The notes under the pieces were generated by a model. That model was not told where the DNA came from and did no database searches. It saw only the letters and a program-made list of their open reading frames with translations. Source: Alphaproteobacteria bacterium (GTDB lineage: Bacteria; Pseudomonadota; Alphaproteobacteria; GCA-2731375). From it: 64,000 nucleotides of DNA. Of the stretch, positions 49,478 to 59,279 are shown piece by piece (the stretch's first letter is position 1; every line of letters starts with the position of its first letter). The position numbers and the translations under genes were made by a program. The stretch spans positions 4,192,001-4,256,000 of the forward strand of contig CBDDPY010000002.1 in assembly GCA_965232515.1 (NCBI GenBank). Reading direction: 5' to 3'.

Positions 49478-49684
49478 ATGGTGCGGCAATCAACACGACA
49501 GGGCTTGAGTGATCCAAGGCCGGTGCTTCAGGCACTGCGCCAGATGAAAGAGGCCATGCGGGAATTACAGCGGACGCACCGGGCAACGCATCCCGTTTAT
49601 CGAGCGGCTCGCGATCTGGAAAACCAGATACCCGACATCGGGACGCTGATTACCCGCGACCCGAATTGGCTAGACCTGCGATAG
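49478..49684 (+). CDS. Small hypothetical protein
   Basis: 68 aa, GGGGTG RBS, helical. Confidence 0.45.
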   Translation: MVRQSTRQGLSDPRPVLQALRQMKEAMRELQRTHRATHPVYRAARDLENQIPDIGTLITRDPNWLDLR

Positions 49685-49815
49685 TCGCAATTCAGCCATT
49701 GAGGCCCGCCCCTTTCGTCATTTCTGCTGAAATCTCTCAACCATCCAAGATTGACGCTGCTATCGGCGAAACCACGCGCTTGCATACAGTTGGTTAATGG
49801 CCAACATTTGCACCT

Positions 49816-50222
49816 ATGAGACGTATCATCATCGCAATGCCGCTCCTTGCCGGCTGCCAGACGACGCCGGTTGTCATTGAACCGACGCCGGAGAAAGTGG
49901 CAGCCCAGTTCGAGGTCGCAGCATTCGAAAACGACTTCGGCGACGGCCCTGGCATAATCCACAAATGGCCGAAAGGTCCGCTAATTGCCGGCCTCGATGC
50001 GGGCGATCCATCGCATCACGCGGCTTTCCTCAGACGGCACGCTGCCGATCTCACGGCCGCTATCGCCCGTCGGTGATCTGCGAGGCCGACACCGTGTTCG
50101 AGCTAACCGAAGCCGACAAGATCCTCCTCCGCACCCTATACGACCCGCGCCTCAAGCCCGGCATGACGAAGGCCGAGGCCATGCCGATCGCGCGCCAGAT
50201 CATCGCCGAGCAGATGCAATGA
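49816..50222 (+). pseudogene. DUF2927-like lipoprotein with internal deletion and frameshift
   Basis: One frame gives lipobox LAGC and IHKW; another gives SVIC..LTEADKILLRTLYDPRLKPGMT (typical DUF2927 C-terminus); the middle is missing. Confidence 0.65.
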
Positions 50223-50494
50223 CGCCCGAAGAATGGCACAAGCTCCACGTCACCCGGATATCGCAAAGAAACAAAATTATTAACTGCGCACTCATAGCAA
50301 CGATGGCCTCTTTCTGCGCCCAAGTGTTCGCCGGCGGCACATTCAGCGAGGTCTTCTACGGCTATCTAATCGCTCTCGGCTTTCTGGTCTATGCGTTACT
50401 CCTGCCGCGCAAATGGCACGCCGAAGACTGCAGGCTCCACGGACATGAACGATGGTGGCGCGAACAATACCCAGACGATGAAGACAGCCTATGA
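50219..50494 (+). CDS. Small 2-TM membrane protein
   Basis: MTPEEWHK..; ATGA overlaps on both sides. Confidence 0.6.
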   Translation: MTPEEWHKLHVTRISQRNKIINCALIATMASFCAQVFAGGTFSEVFYGYLIALGFLVYALLLPRKWHAEDCRLHGHERWWREQYPDDEDSL

Positions 50495-50688
50495 CCTCCG
50501 ACCTCGACATCTACCGCACGGCCAACATCGTGCTTAAGCAGTACGGCGACGACGCGGTTGCAGCGGCCAAGAATCGCGCCGTCGAGCTCTACGAACAGGG
50601 CGCAGCGACCGGGGCCGCCACTTGGCTAAGGATCGCGACGGCGATCGAGGAGCTGCAGAAGACCTTGCCCGACAGCACGACGCATTGA
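50491..50688 (+). CDS. Small helical hypothetical protein
   Basis: DLDIYRTANIVLKQYGDDA...W.RIATAIEEL; ATGA-coupled. Confidence 0.65.
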   Translation: MTSDLDIYRTANIVLKQYGDDAVAAAKNRAVELYEQGAATGAATWLRIATAIEELQKTLPDSTTH

Positions 50689-50701
50689 TTGTTCTGTTCG
50701 A

Positions 50702-50935
50702 TCACTCCACGCAATCGTAACGTCGCTCGAACGCCTTTTCCTTCGGCGCCGGCCGAGCATACCGCCCGTATTTCTTGCAATGCTCGTTCGCCATCTCCAG
50801 CGCCTCGCCTTGCGTGAACGTGGTCACGTTGTCGAGCTGGATGAACCGTTCGTTCGCCATCTCGACAAACATCATGTCCGTCAGACAGCCGGTGGTGAGC
50901 ATGGCGACGAAAGCAGCGGCGATGATGCGTGACAT
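50702..50935 (-). CDS. Small lipoprotein
   Basis: Lipobox LTTGC; ANEHCKKYGR...YDC. Confidence 0.6.
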   Translation of the reverse strand: MSRIIAAAFVAMLTTGCLTDMMFVEMANERFIQLDNVTTFTQGEALEMANEHCKKYGRYARPAPKEKAFERRYDCVE

Positions 50936-51175
50936 GAGCGGCCCCCTGTACAATCTGCGGGGAGGCTAGCCCGAATGTCGTACAACCGCAACGCCGCCGG
51001 CCTAAGCCCCGCCAGAACGTCGAACTCGGTCTTGGCCGCCGTCACGTGGTTTGCCCGGCCGGTGGCATCTCCTTGAAACCAACCGCGAAGTACCGGAACG
51101 TACCCACGCGCTGTCGAGCTACCGCAAGGAGTATGACGACCGCCTGAAGATGCACCGCAACAAGCCGCTGCACGA

Positions 51176-51865
51176 CTAGTCGTCATCGGCCGGTCGTATC
51201 CACTCAATGACTGCTGAGCAAGATTCGTTTGCCGGTATGGCGAACCCTTGGTGCTGGTGCGGCTCGGAAAAATCCGGACTGTCTTGGAAAAGGTGCGCGA
51301 CAAGTTCGAGAATCAGCGGCCGGCCGCCCTCGCATTCCTGCCGCAGTTCGCCCAAGATCATCGGCGGCACATAGATCTCTGCGGTCAGCGATGCCGCCAT
51401 GCCGCTGCCAGCGCTTAGATGCAGGATGCGCCCGGCCAGCTCGTTTTCGCCGGCATGGTCAAACAACTCTATATCGATTTGACGGAAACTTTCCCGCCGT
51501 TCGCCATCCTCTAACGGCAAGGAGTCGACGCACCGGTCTTGCACAAACTCGCCCTTGCCGGTCAATCGCAGCGTCATCGGATGTGGTGCGCGCGAAACGC
51601 TGTCCAGGTGAGCCCTTGCATAGCCGGCCCTTTCAAACTCTTTCAGCGCCTCATAGCGCGATTTCTCATGGGCGTAGTCGTGATCCATGGGCGGCTTGTT
51701 TTCGCGCTGTGACCGCATGTCGACGTCAGCCAAATGGAACACGCGAAGGAACCGGTATTCGGTCACGCGGACGCTCAGGCGCAGCCAGCGCTTGACCAAG
51801 AAATGCTCCCAGTCGCCGTCGATGCACTTGATGATGTTCGGAGTCAACATGGTGTAATCGGTCAT
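51176..51865 (-). CDS. Hypothetical protein
   Basis: 229 aa; ATGA-coupled to the thermonuclease gene, GAGG RBS. Confidence 0.65.
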   Translation of the reverse strand: MTDYTMLTPNIIKCIDGDWEHFLVKRWLRLSVRVTEYRFLRVFHLADVDMRSQRENKPPMDHDYAHEKSRYEALKEFERAGYARAHLDSVSRAPHPMTLRLTGKGEFVQDRCVDSLPLEDGERRESFRQIDIELFDHAGENELAGRILHLSAGSGMAASLTAEIYVPPMILGELRQECEGGRPLILELVAHLFQDSPDFSEPHQHQGFAIPANESCSAVIEWIRPADDD

Positions 51866-52392
51866 TGCGTTACCTCACATGGCAGCCGCTCGCCGCGTCG
51901 CCATCTCCACGGCTCGATAAAACGTCCCTTCCAAATACCCCTTTTTGCCTTTCGCGCCCGATCCTGCACAAACAGGTAGTCGGCGCGCAATTCGTCCGGC
52001 AGATAGCGCTCGTAGACGAGGGCGTAACCCTGATCGACCATGTACTTGTTCATATCGACGCCCATCAGAAAGGGCGTTACGACAGGCCGGCCGTAGCGGT
52101 CGATTGACCAGATCTTGAGCTTCAACTCCCGGTACTTGGTATCGCTGCCGGCTGGCTTGCGCAGCATGGCATCAAACACGGCCTTTGCCGCCAAGCCGCA
52201 ATCGTAGCAAGTGCCGTCGGCCTTCTCGCACAACTGCCCTTTCTCGGGCGCGTCGATGCCTTGTGAGCGCAGATGCAGGACAAGGGTATCGCCGTCATCG
52301 ACGCCACGCGGGACGGCTTCAAGGGTGAGTGGTTCGGCATATGCTGTGGCAGCGGCAAGAGCGCAAATGGCGATGATGATCAAGGATTTCAT
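51862..52392 (-). CDS. Secreted thermonuclease (SNase family)
   Basis: Signal peptide, DGDTL, GIDAPE, DRYGR, QGYA, KRGIWKG.F..PW.WR; GGAGG RBS. Confidence 0.85.
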   Translation of the reverse strand: MKSLIIIAICALAAATAYAEPLTLEAVPRGVDDGDTLVLHLRSQGIDAPEKGQLCEKADGTCYDCGLAAKAVFDAMLRKPAGSDTKYRELKLKIWSIDRYGRPVVTPFLMGVDMNKYMVDQGYALVYERYLPDELRADYLFVQDRARKAKRGIWKGRFIEPWRWRRGERLPCEVTQ

Positions 52393-52447
52393 GATGACCC
52401 CTCCAGTACCCGAAGGTTGCATCAGAGGACGTCAAATCACCACCGCA

Positions 52448-52684
52448 TCACTGTGCGATCATCTCTCGACGCCCACGAAAAGACGTGAACAGCCGACAGC
52501 CGATCCCGCCACACTTCCGGCATTCAACTGAATTAGCCAGCTCGTAGAGCGGGATGTTCCGGCTGAACTGCTGTATCAGCTCGTCACTGTCGAAATCGCT
52601 TATCCGCCCGCACCGTGGGCACTTGCCGTGGATTCGAAAGTCTTCGATGTACTCGCCCAGCGTCGCGATCACTGTGCCCGTCAT
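52448..52684 (-). CDS. Small Zn-ribbon protein (CxxC...CxxC)
   Basis: TLGE..GKCPRCGR...ECRKCG; GGGAG RBS; LexA box upstream. Confidence 0.68.
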   Translation of the reverse strand: MTGTVIATLGEYIEDFRIHGKCPRCGRISDFDSDELIQQFSRNIPLYELANSVECRKCGGIGCRLFTSFRGRREMIAQ

Positions 52685-52697
52685 ACCCGTCTCCCAT

Positions 52698-52743
52698 GTT
52701 CTTGTTATGTTCAGATATTGAGAATGGGCGGCGGGAGAGTCAA
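52698..52743 (-). promoter_or_regulatory. Alphaproteobacterial LexA (SOS) box beside a sigma70-like promoter
   Basis: GTTC-TTGTTAT-GTTC at 52698-52712 (GAAC-N7-GAAC on minus); TTGACT (52743-52738)-17 nt-CAATAT (52720-52715). Confidence 0.72.
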
Positions 52744-53241
52744 GAAAGCTCCTTCACGACAATCTCACCATCGTATGGGCGTAGCAAATTCTTGCGGGGC
52801 TCGGTCAGCCAGGCGCCGTATTCGTCCGGCAGCAGGATCGCTGGCATGCGGTCGTGGTAATCGGCCACAACCTCGTTAGGCGGCCCGACGACCATTGAGC
52901 AGGCTAGCGACGGTTCGTCGCCTTCGCCCTTATAGAATTTCCAGACACCAGCAATCCCATACGGCTCGCCGTCGGGCATCGAGAACGCGAACTTCTTCTT
53001 GCCGCCCTTTGGGCCTATCCATTCGACGAAATGGGCTGCCGGCAGGATGCACCGACGCTCGGCGAACGCTTTCCGCCACATCGGTTTCTCATTGATGGTC
53101 TCGGCGCGGACATTGTTGATCGGCCGCTTTGTGAACTGGCGCTCGAACCCCCAACGCATCTCGGAGACGCTTCGCTCGCTGTCCATCTTGTGGACGGCGG
53201 ATGGCTTCGACGTTTGTTGTGTTGTTGTACAAATTGCACGT
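52740..53241 (-). pseudogene. SOS response-associated peptidase (SRAP/YedK family), disrupted
   Basis: Core MRWG..INNVRAET..RCILPA..FVEW..HDRMPAIL; the N-terminus CNLYNNTTNVEAIRR lies in another frame behind ACG instead of ATG, with the linking segment deleted. Confidence 0.78.
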
Positions 53242-53343
53242 CGATACATCTTAGCTGGAGCAGCAAGGCGATGCACAAAGCTGGAGGTACGGCGCCTTAT
53301 CAGTTTCGATGGAAGGGCGCTTACTTGATGGAAAGGGGGGCCC

Positions 53344-54396
53344 ATGGATTACAGAGTTGAGGCATATCAATTCTTCTCAAGACGTTCCATCAACCTCGAA
53401 CCCATCGGGGAATTTCAGGCCAGCTCCGTCAAGCGGCCTGACATAAAATTTCATCTTACTTTCGAATTCGCAGACAAGAGCTTCGATCTAAACTTCGCAC
53501 AATGGTTTCCCGGGCGCCCCACGATTGGCCCCCACCAAATTGTTGATCCCGTCGTTAACGACTACTTTTCAGAAAGGTGGCCCGTATGCATGCTGGCTAA
53601 AGGTACCGTCAAGTTCCCCCTCGGCGAGAGAGCATCTTCAAATGACATTCGCCGCGAACAGCTGACCTTTCTTCGCAGTCTTCTGTGGAACGGGCACAAA
53701 GGACATCCGCATATAGCTATCCCCTCGGATCAAAGAGCATCCGTCTTGAGCTATCGACGCGAGTTTTTTCACACTCAGTTGTTCGATGTATTTGGTCAGA
53801 GGCGACCTAACGATTTTGCTGGGTTTTCTCCAACCGACCTTAATGAACCGATCGGCCCAGGCTTTGCATGGCTGCCAGACGAGCGGGGAATCGACCTGAT
53901 CAACGAGTTTGTCTGGAGCCCAATCCTTCCGTTCAAAAACAGATCAACATTTGAGCAGGATATGCCAATCGTAGGCAGAGTCCTGGGCTCCCTCAGACGC
54001 TACTACAATAGCTACAGTGAGCTGCGGGATGCACGACGTCACCTTGATGCAAACGAGCTGAAGGCCTCAGTTCGCTCCTCCGCATCTGCTTTGGAAGCCT
54101 GTTTGCTTCATCTCAGGCAAGCATGGGACGGCTCCTCACCACCAAGACACCTTCCCTTTGACGAGAAAATCGAGTGCGTGCTTCGATCCATCGGAAAGCC
54201 TTCATATCGAGCCGTCGAACCCGATCTGTCGAAAACCCTTCTCTACTTGTATAGGTCTCGGAACTCGATGCACGAGGGTGATTGCTACTATGACCGCGAT
54301 GACGGAAAGCGAATTCATATAACAAAGAAATCTCAGGCAAAATGTTTCGTCGAGGCAGTCGAATCCTTTGTCATATGGGCAGATGCGATTGTTTGA
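53344..54396 (+). CDS. Hypothetical protein with C-terminal HEPN-like domain
   Basis: 350 aa, lower GC; ASVRSSASALEA...YRSRNSMHEG. Confidence 0.65.
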   Translation: MDYRVEAYQFFSRRSINLEPIGEFQASSVKRPDIKFHLTFEFADKSFDLNFAQWFPGRPTIGPHQIVDPVVNDYFSERWPVCMLAKGTVKFPLGERASSNDIRREQLTFLRSLLWNGHKGHPHIAIPSDQRASVLSYRREFFHTQLFDVFGQRRPNDFAGFSPTDLNEPIGPGFAWLPDERGIDLINEFVWSPILPFKNRSTFEQDMPIVGRVLGSLRRYYNSYSELRDARRHLDANELKASVRSSASALEACLLHLRQAWDGSSPPRHLPFDEKIECVLRSIGKPSYRAVEPDLSKTLLYLYRSRNSMHEGDCYYDRDDGKRIHITKKSQAKCFVEAVESFVIWADAIV

Positions 54397-55073
54397 GTTC
54401 GCCGCGAGCAGCCATCTATTGCAAACGTGAATTCGCCCGAATTGGCGCTGCAATTGTTCGTCATGATCAATCAGTTTCCCAAAGTTCCTCAGCCCACTCC
54501 GGATGATCGATAAAAGGTTCCGGTTGCCCTAACGCTCAAATATCCGATCGTTTCTCCGCCGCTCTCAGTCGCTCACTGGGTCCTATTTGTGCCAAGCCAA
54601 CAGCGAGCAGAGATCACCTAGACGAGGCGACTTTTCCGTCTAAGTGCTTCTGGTAGTGACTGCCACCGAATGCCGTGGCGAGAGCGTACCACTTGCAGGC
54701 CTCCGGATAATCGAACGAACGTAGCGCTTCAGCGCCGCGCGCCAAATAGGCATCCGCATCTTGCCGTGCGGCGGTTAGCTGGTCCCGAGCGCTGGTCGAA
54801 TCGGCGATAGAAATCGCGAGTGCGATGGCTGGAGCAAAAAATCCACTGTCTCAAGGTCATGCCCTCAACTTCCAGGACGGAGATGGCAAGCTTAGTGGAT
54901 AGGCCCGGCTGAGGTTGTGATCCGAAGCACTTCGGTCGCTTCGGCAGTCCTTAGTCAGGCAGTCTGGCCATCTTGGTTCCCTATCTCCAAAATTTTCTAG
55001 CCAAATAGTGGCCTGCAAGCGAGCCCCTATGACATGTCTTCGGGTTGAACACTGATGGCAAAGGGGACAGCTC

Positions 55074-56252
55074 TCAACCGCTGATCATGGATTTTCGAGC
55101 AAGAACTGAACAAGCCGCGATGATCGATATCAGAATGACGATAGATGGAGGCTCGTCTATTGGCCGTGGGCGCGGCCGCCTTAGTTCGGCGTCGCCAAGA
55201 TGCGCAATCCAAGCCTCAATTCGACCATCTGGGTTCCTGCCGTCGCCGACTATCGTTTTTCCATCGTCGGAGATGGCGGTAGCATCAGACAGTCGCCAGC
55301 CAGACAAATCAAGTCCGAGATCGTTTTCGAGCACGCTTTTCAGGTTCAGAAGTCCGGTTCTTTGGCTCCAGACAAATGCTTTGCTTGTTTGTCGCCCAAC
55401 TACAATTGAGCCGTCGGACGATGCATCAAAAGCTACACCGACACCCTCATCCGGACCTAGGCCGATACTGGTAAATCCGGAGCTTTCCTCCCAGGTAAAC
55501 GGCTCGAATATGTCGGCAAGAGTAGTACGCCCACCGCCCACGATGACCTGGCCGTCAGCGGATATCCCGAGCGCCTGACTGTGAAACTGTCCGCCTGGTA
55601 AGTCGCCAATGCCGGTCATCCCGGTTGGCTCTGTCCACCGAAATGCTTCTCGACCGGAGGCCGATGTTGCAGATCCAACTACGATAGAGCCGTCAGCAGA
55701 TACGCTGGCCGTTCCGCTTATGAAATCTCCGCCATCCAAGTCGCCAAGGCCTACCATTCCCGACTGTTCGGTCCATCGAAATGCTTCAAAACCTCTCGCA
55801 GAAAAACTGCTTCCAACTACGACACTACCATCCGCCGAAATATCCGAGCCGCTGCTGCTGAACTGACTTCCCGGCAGACTACCCAATCCTTCAACTCCAG
55901 ACTGCTGGGACCAGCGGATAGCCTCGGCTCCAACTGAGCGGATTTGTCTTGTGCCCACGACAAATGAGCCGTCGGCCGATGCGCCCCTTGCGTTGCTAGA
56001 TATCAGGTCCGGAGTGTTGTCGACGATTTCCGTTATTCCCTCCGCGACGGTCCACTTGAATGCTCGAATGCCCGCATCCGATTTGCTGTTCCCAACGGCC
56101 ACCAAGCCATTTGCCGAAATGCCACCAATCCGGCTTTCAAACTCTCCGCCAGGAAGATCACCCAGTCCCATGAAAAATGGCGCGGCAACTGCTCCGCACT
56201 CGATGTAAGCAGTAAGCGCACCGACCAGCAAAACTGTTCTCAACTGACACAT
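55074..56252 (-). CDS. Extracellular HAF-repeat protein with PEP-CTERM-like sorting tail
   Basis: Signal peptide; about 7 repeats ISADGSVVVG..EAFRWT..GM.GLGDL.GG; C-terminal IDEPPS + TM + RK. Confidence 0.8.
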   Translation of the reverse strand: MCQLRTVLLVGALTAYIECGAVAAPFFMGLGDLPGGEFESRIGGISANGLVAVGNSKSDAGIRAFKWTVAEGITEIVDNTPDLISSNARGASADGSFVVGTRQIRSVGAEAIRWSQQSGVEGLGSLPGSQFSSSGSDISADGSVVVGSSFSARGFEAFRWTEQSGMVGLGDLDGGDFISGTASVSADGSIVVGSATSASGREAFRWTEPTGMTGIGDLPGGQFHSQALGISADGQVIVGGGRTTLADIFEPFTWEESSGFTSIGLGPDEGVGVAFDASSDGSIVVGRQTSKAFVWSQRTGLLNLKSVLENDLGLDLSGWRLSDATAISDDGKTIVGDGRNPDGRIEAWIAHLGDAELRRPRPRPIDEPPSIVILISIIAACSVLARKSMISG

Positions 56253-56520
56253 GACCCCAAAACACTCCCACCGCAAAACGCGTTAACCGACAAGCGATTA
56301 GACCGAAACTCCATTGAGCCATTGCACCATTTTGGTGTGGAAGTGGCAATGGGTTCTCGCGCAACCCAAAACTGCGGAACGAGCAATTTCGCAGATTGGC
56401 GTCCGCTCAGGGACTGTTTGGACGTGGTACCGACATGCCTCTGTTTGGACACCAGAAGGTCGCCGACGAGGACCCAAATTTGCGATGAGAATTGAGCCGG
56501 CAGCTTACATTAAGGAAGTT

Positions 56521-58260
56521 ATGAGAGTCCGACAGCCGGTTTCAGTATATGAGCGCAATCCCTTTGTTGGGCCCAACGAATTGACGTTGGCAGACGTTGC
56601 CCGATGCCTCAAAGACGACCTGCAGATCCCGCCGGCACTTCGCAATGAGATTGCCACCTCAATCGATGCTCTCGCTGCTGCCCTGGAGGTCGCACCGTCA
56701 ATGGTGCCGGCGCGTGGACCGGACATCAAACATGCTCACAATCGCCTATGTCGTATGCCCGATGCTGAGAGCGAGAACGCCGCCATGCGGCACCATCGCA
56801 ATGCTTTGGTTGCCTGCCGTCTTCTAGGTATCGATCTGTCTAACAGGGCGTTTGCAAATTACCTAAGTGCTGATTGGCTGGATCTATGGCGTCAGTTGTC
56901 CGAAAGGCACGATCAGATCGTGCTGACACGCCTCATCCAGTTCTGTAGTGCCAACGAAATCAAGCCAACGCAAGTCAACGATGAAACGGTGAGAACCGTC
57001 AGGGCGGCATGCTTGGTCGGCGCGTTCGGCCAAGAATCCTGTACGCTCGCGAAACGAATCGAAAATGTCTGGAACAGACAGGTCGACGCGAACTCAAGCT
57101 GGCCGCGCCAGCGACTTACCCCACCGGAACGAGGATGGCGGGGAACAGCACTGCCGTTCGATGCCTTTCCTGAACAGTACCGCGAGTCCGTTGCGGCCTA
57201 CCTTTACTGGATCAGTGATCGCGACCCATTGCTCGAGAACCCGCCGCCTCGAATATGCGGACCGGCGACGGTGCGACATCAGCGAACGATGCTGAGACTG
57301 GCGGCGTCAGCATTGGTGAATTCCGGCTGGGCCGCAGCCGACATTAAGACGCTCTCGCATCTCGTCGAACCCGCTTCATTTCGGGCCATCCTTCGGTTCT
57401 ATCTGGCGCGCAATGGCGGCGAGCCGTCGGTCTTCGTCCGTGGTTTGTCGAGACTGCTCTACAACATCGCGCGCCACTGGGTGCGGGCGGACCGGGCGCA
57501 GTTGGATCTCCTTTGGCGGTTGGTGGAACGGCTGGGGCGGGATGACAGGGGACTGTCGATCCGCAACAGAGCGGTGCTGCGAGCATTTGACGATCCGGCC
57601 GAACGGCAAAAACTATTGAGTCTGCCGCAATGCATCGTTGTGTCAGCAAAACGTCGCCGACTGTGCTCGCACCGACGCGCGGTACGGGTGCAGGTCGCTC
57701 TGGCCCTGGAGCTGCTTCTTATGGCGCCAATGCGTATTGGGCAATTGATCCAACTTCAGATCGACAAGCACTTGCGGCTCGCTGAGCAGGGGCAGGATTT
57801 GGCAAAGATCGTCGTGCCGGACAGCGAACGAATCCTCGGCGATCCTCTCGAATACGAGCTGCCGCGGGAATCTGTCCGACTTCTGAGAACGTATCTGCAT
57901 GAACATCGCCCCCATCTCGCTATTCAGGGCGGGCAGTGGCTATTTCCATCGACGAGCGGCGCGCGGAAGGGGGCTACGCATTTGTCGTGCCAGATCCGAC
58001 AAGCCGCCCGCGACCATGTTGGGATTGATTTGGCGCCCAAACACCTCCGGCATTTCGCCGCCAAATTGGTGCTCGAAGCAGATCCGTATAGCCTGGAAAC
58101 AGTGAGGCGGCTTCTCGGGCATAGCACCGTGAGCCTCACCAAGTCGCTTTACGAAGATCTTGCCGCGCCAGCGAGCGCGCTTATGCATGACGAAATTGTC
58201 GCCGCGGGGCTGCGGTCGACAACAGGGGCCCAGAGCCGGCCGCGCCGGAACTGCCAGTGA
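56521..58260 (+). CDS. Large tyrosine recombinase (long N-terminal extension), partly degenerate active site
   Basis: APMRIGQL, PKHLRHFAA, LLGH, SLY; start 56521 with AAGGAAG RBS. Confidence 0.8.
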   Translation: MRVRQPVSVYERNPFVGPNELTLADVARCLKDDLQIPPALRNEIATSIDALAAALEVAPSMVPARGPDIKHAHNRLCRMPDAESENAAMRHHRNALVACRLLGIDLSNRAFANYLSADWLDLWRQLSERHDQIVLTRLIQFCSANEIKPTQVNDETVRTVRAACLVGAFGQESCTLAKRIENVWNRQVDANSSWPRQRLTPPERGWRGTALPFDAFPEQYRESVAAYLYWISDRDPLLENPPPRICGPATVRHQRTMLRLAASALVNSGWAAADIKTLSHLVEPASFRAILRFYLARNGGEPSVFVRGLSRLLYNIARHWVRADRAQLDLLWRLVERLGRDDRGLSIRNRAVLRAFDDPAERQKLLSLPQCIVVSAKRRRLCSHRRAVRVQVALALELLLMAPMRIGQLIQLQIDKHLRLAEQGQDLAKIVVPDSERILGDPLEYELPRESVRLLRTYLHEHRPHLAIQGGQWLFPSTSGARKGATHLSCQIRQAARDHVGIDLAPKHLRHFAAKLVLEADPYSLETVRRLLGHSTVSLTKSLYEDLAAPASALMHDEIVAAGLRSTTGAQSRPRRNCQ

Positions 58261-59279
58261 ATGATTTGCCACGTCAGGATCGGGAAGCGTGGCACCGCGC
58301 ACTTACGCCCGGTGACATTCTTGCCGGCGAGGGGCTGGCGGCGCACTGGTCGGACAGCACTCGAGAATCGATCATGGTCGCCTACAAGCGTTGGCTTGGA
58401 TATCTGAACAAGATGGATCCGACGGCAATGGCTGAGCGACCGGGCGACAGGATCACGCCCTCCCGTGTGCAAGGTTACGTCAGGCAGCTTCAGCAGGAAG
58501 TATCGCTCTGCGCGCAGCGGGACTACATCGGCCATCTTTGCACAGCAACGCGGGCGCTCGCGCCGGACCTTGATCGCACATGGTTGTTGGCGATACGGCG
58601 GCGCCTTACTCAGCTATCACGCCCGACGCCGAAGCGAGATCGCCTTGTCCCAACAGAACAGCTTATCGAGCTCGGCATTTCCCTGATCGAGCGTGGCAAA
58701 TGGGCGACGACGTTGACGCCCCTGTATCGGGCGGTGCTCGTCCGGGACGGCTTGATGATCGCGCTTCTCGCGACGCGACCGATCCGCCGCAGCAACCTGG
58801 TGAACCTTCGGATCGGTCAGCACATCCTGACATCGAGCAACGGTGACTTCGACCTACTAATCCCCGCTGCGGAGACAAAGAATCGGCGTCACATCGATTG
58901 GCGGCTTCCGGAGTTGCTGACGCCACACATGCAGACGTATCTAACAGACTATCGTCCAAAGTTCCGCAATGCTGAAAATCATGAATGGTTATGGGCGTCG
59001 GCTAGGGGCGGCGGGCTCTGCGCCGCGGCAGTCAATCATCAGGTTGCGCGCCGTACGCGTGACGCGTTCGGATTCGCCATCAGCCCTCACATGTTCCGAA
59101 GCTGTGTCGCGACAACGATCGCAGAGCGAGATCCTGCAGCTACGCCCACGGCAACGCACTTGCTGGGCCATCGCAGTGCAGAAACAACCGAACGGTTTTA
59201 CAACAGGGCTGGGGCGACTTTGGTGACTCAAGCGCACCAAGCGCGCTTACTCGCGATCCGACGCAGCAGCGGTGCTTGA
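58257..59279 (+). CDS. Tyrosine recombinase
   Basis: RPIRRSNL, ETKN, PHMFR, LLGH, RFYN; GTGA overlap with the upstream recombinase. Confidence 0.87.
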   Translation: MNDLPRQDREAWHRALTPGDILAGEGLAAHWSDSTRESIMVAYKRWLGYLNKMDPTAMAERPGDRITPSRVQGYVRQLQQEVSLCAQRDYIGHLCTATRALAPDLDRTWLLAIRRRLTQLSRPTPKRDRLVPTEQLIELGISLIERGKWATTLTPLYRAVLVRDGLMIALLATRPIRRSNLVNLRIGQHILTSSNGDFDLLIPAAETKNRRHIDWRLPELLTPHMQTYLTDYRPKFRNAENHEWLWASARGGGLCAAAVNHQVARRTRDAFGFAISPHMFRSCVATTIAERDPAATPTATHLLGHRSAETTERFYNRAGATLVTQAHQARLLAIRRSSGA

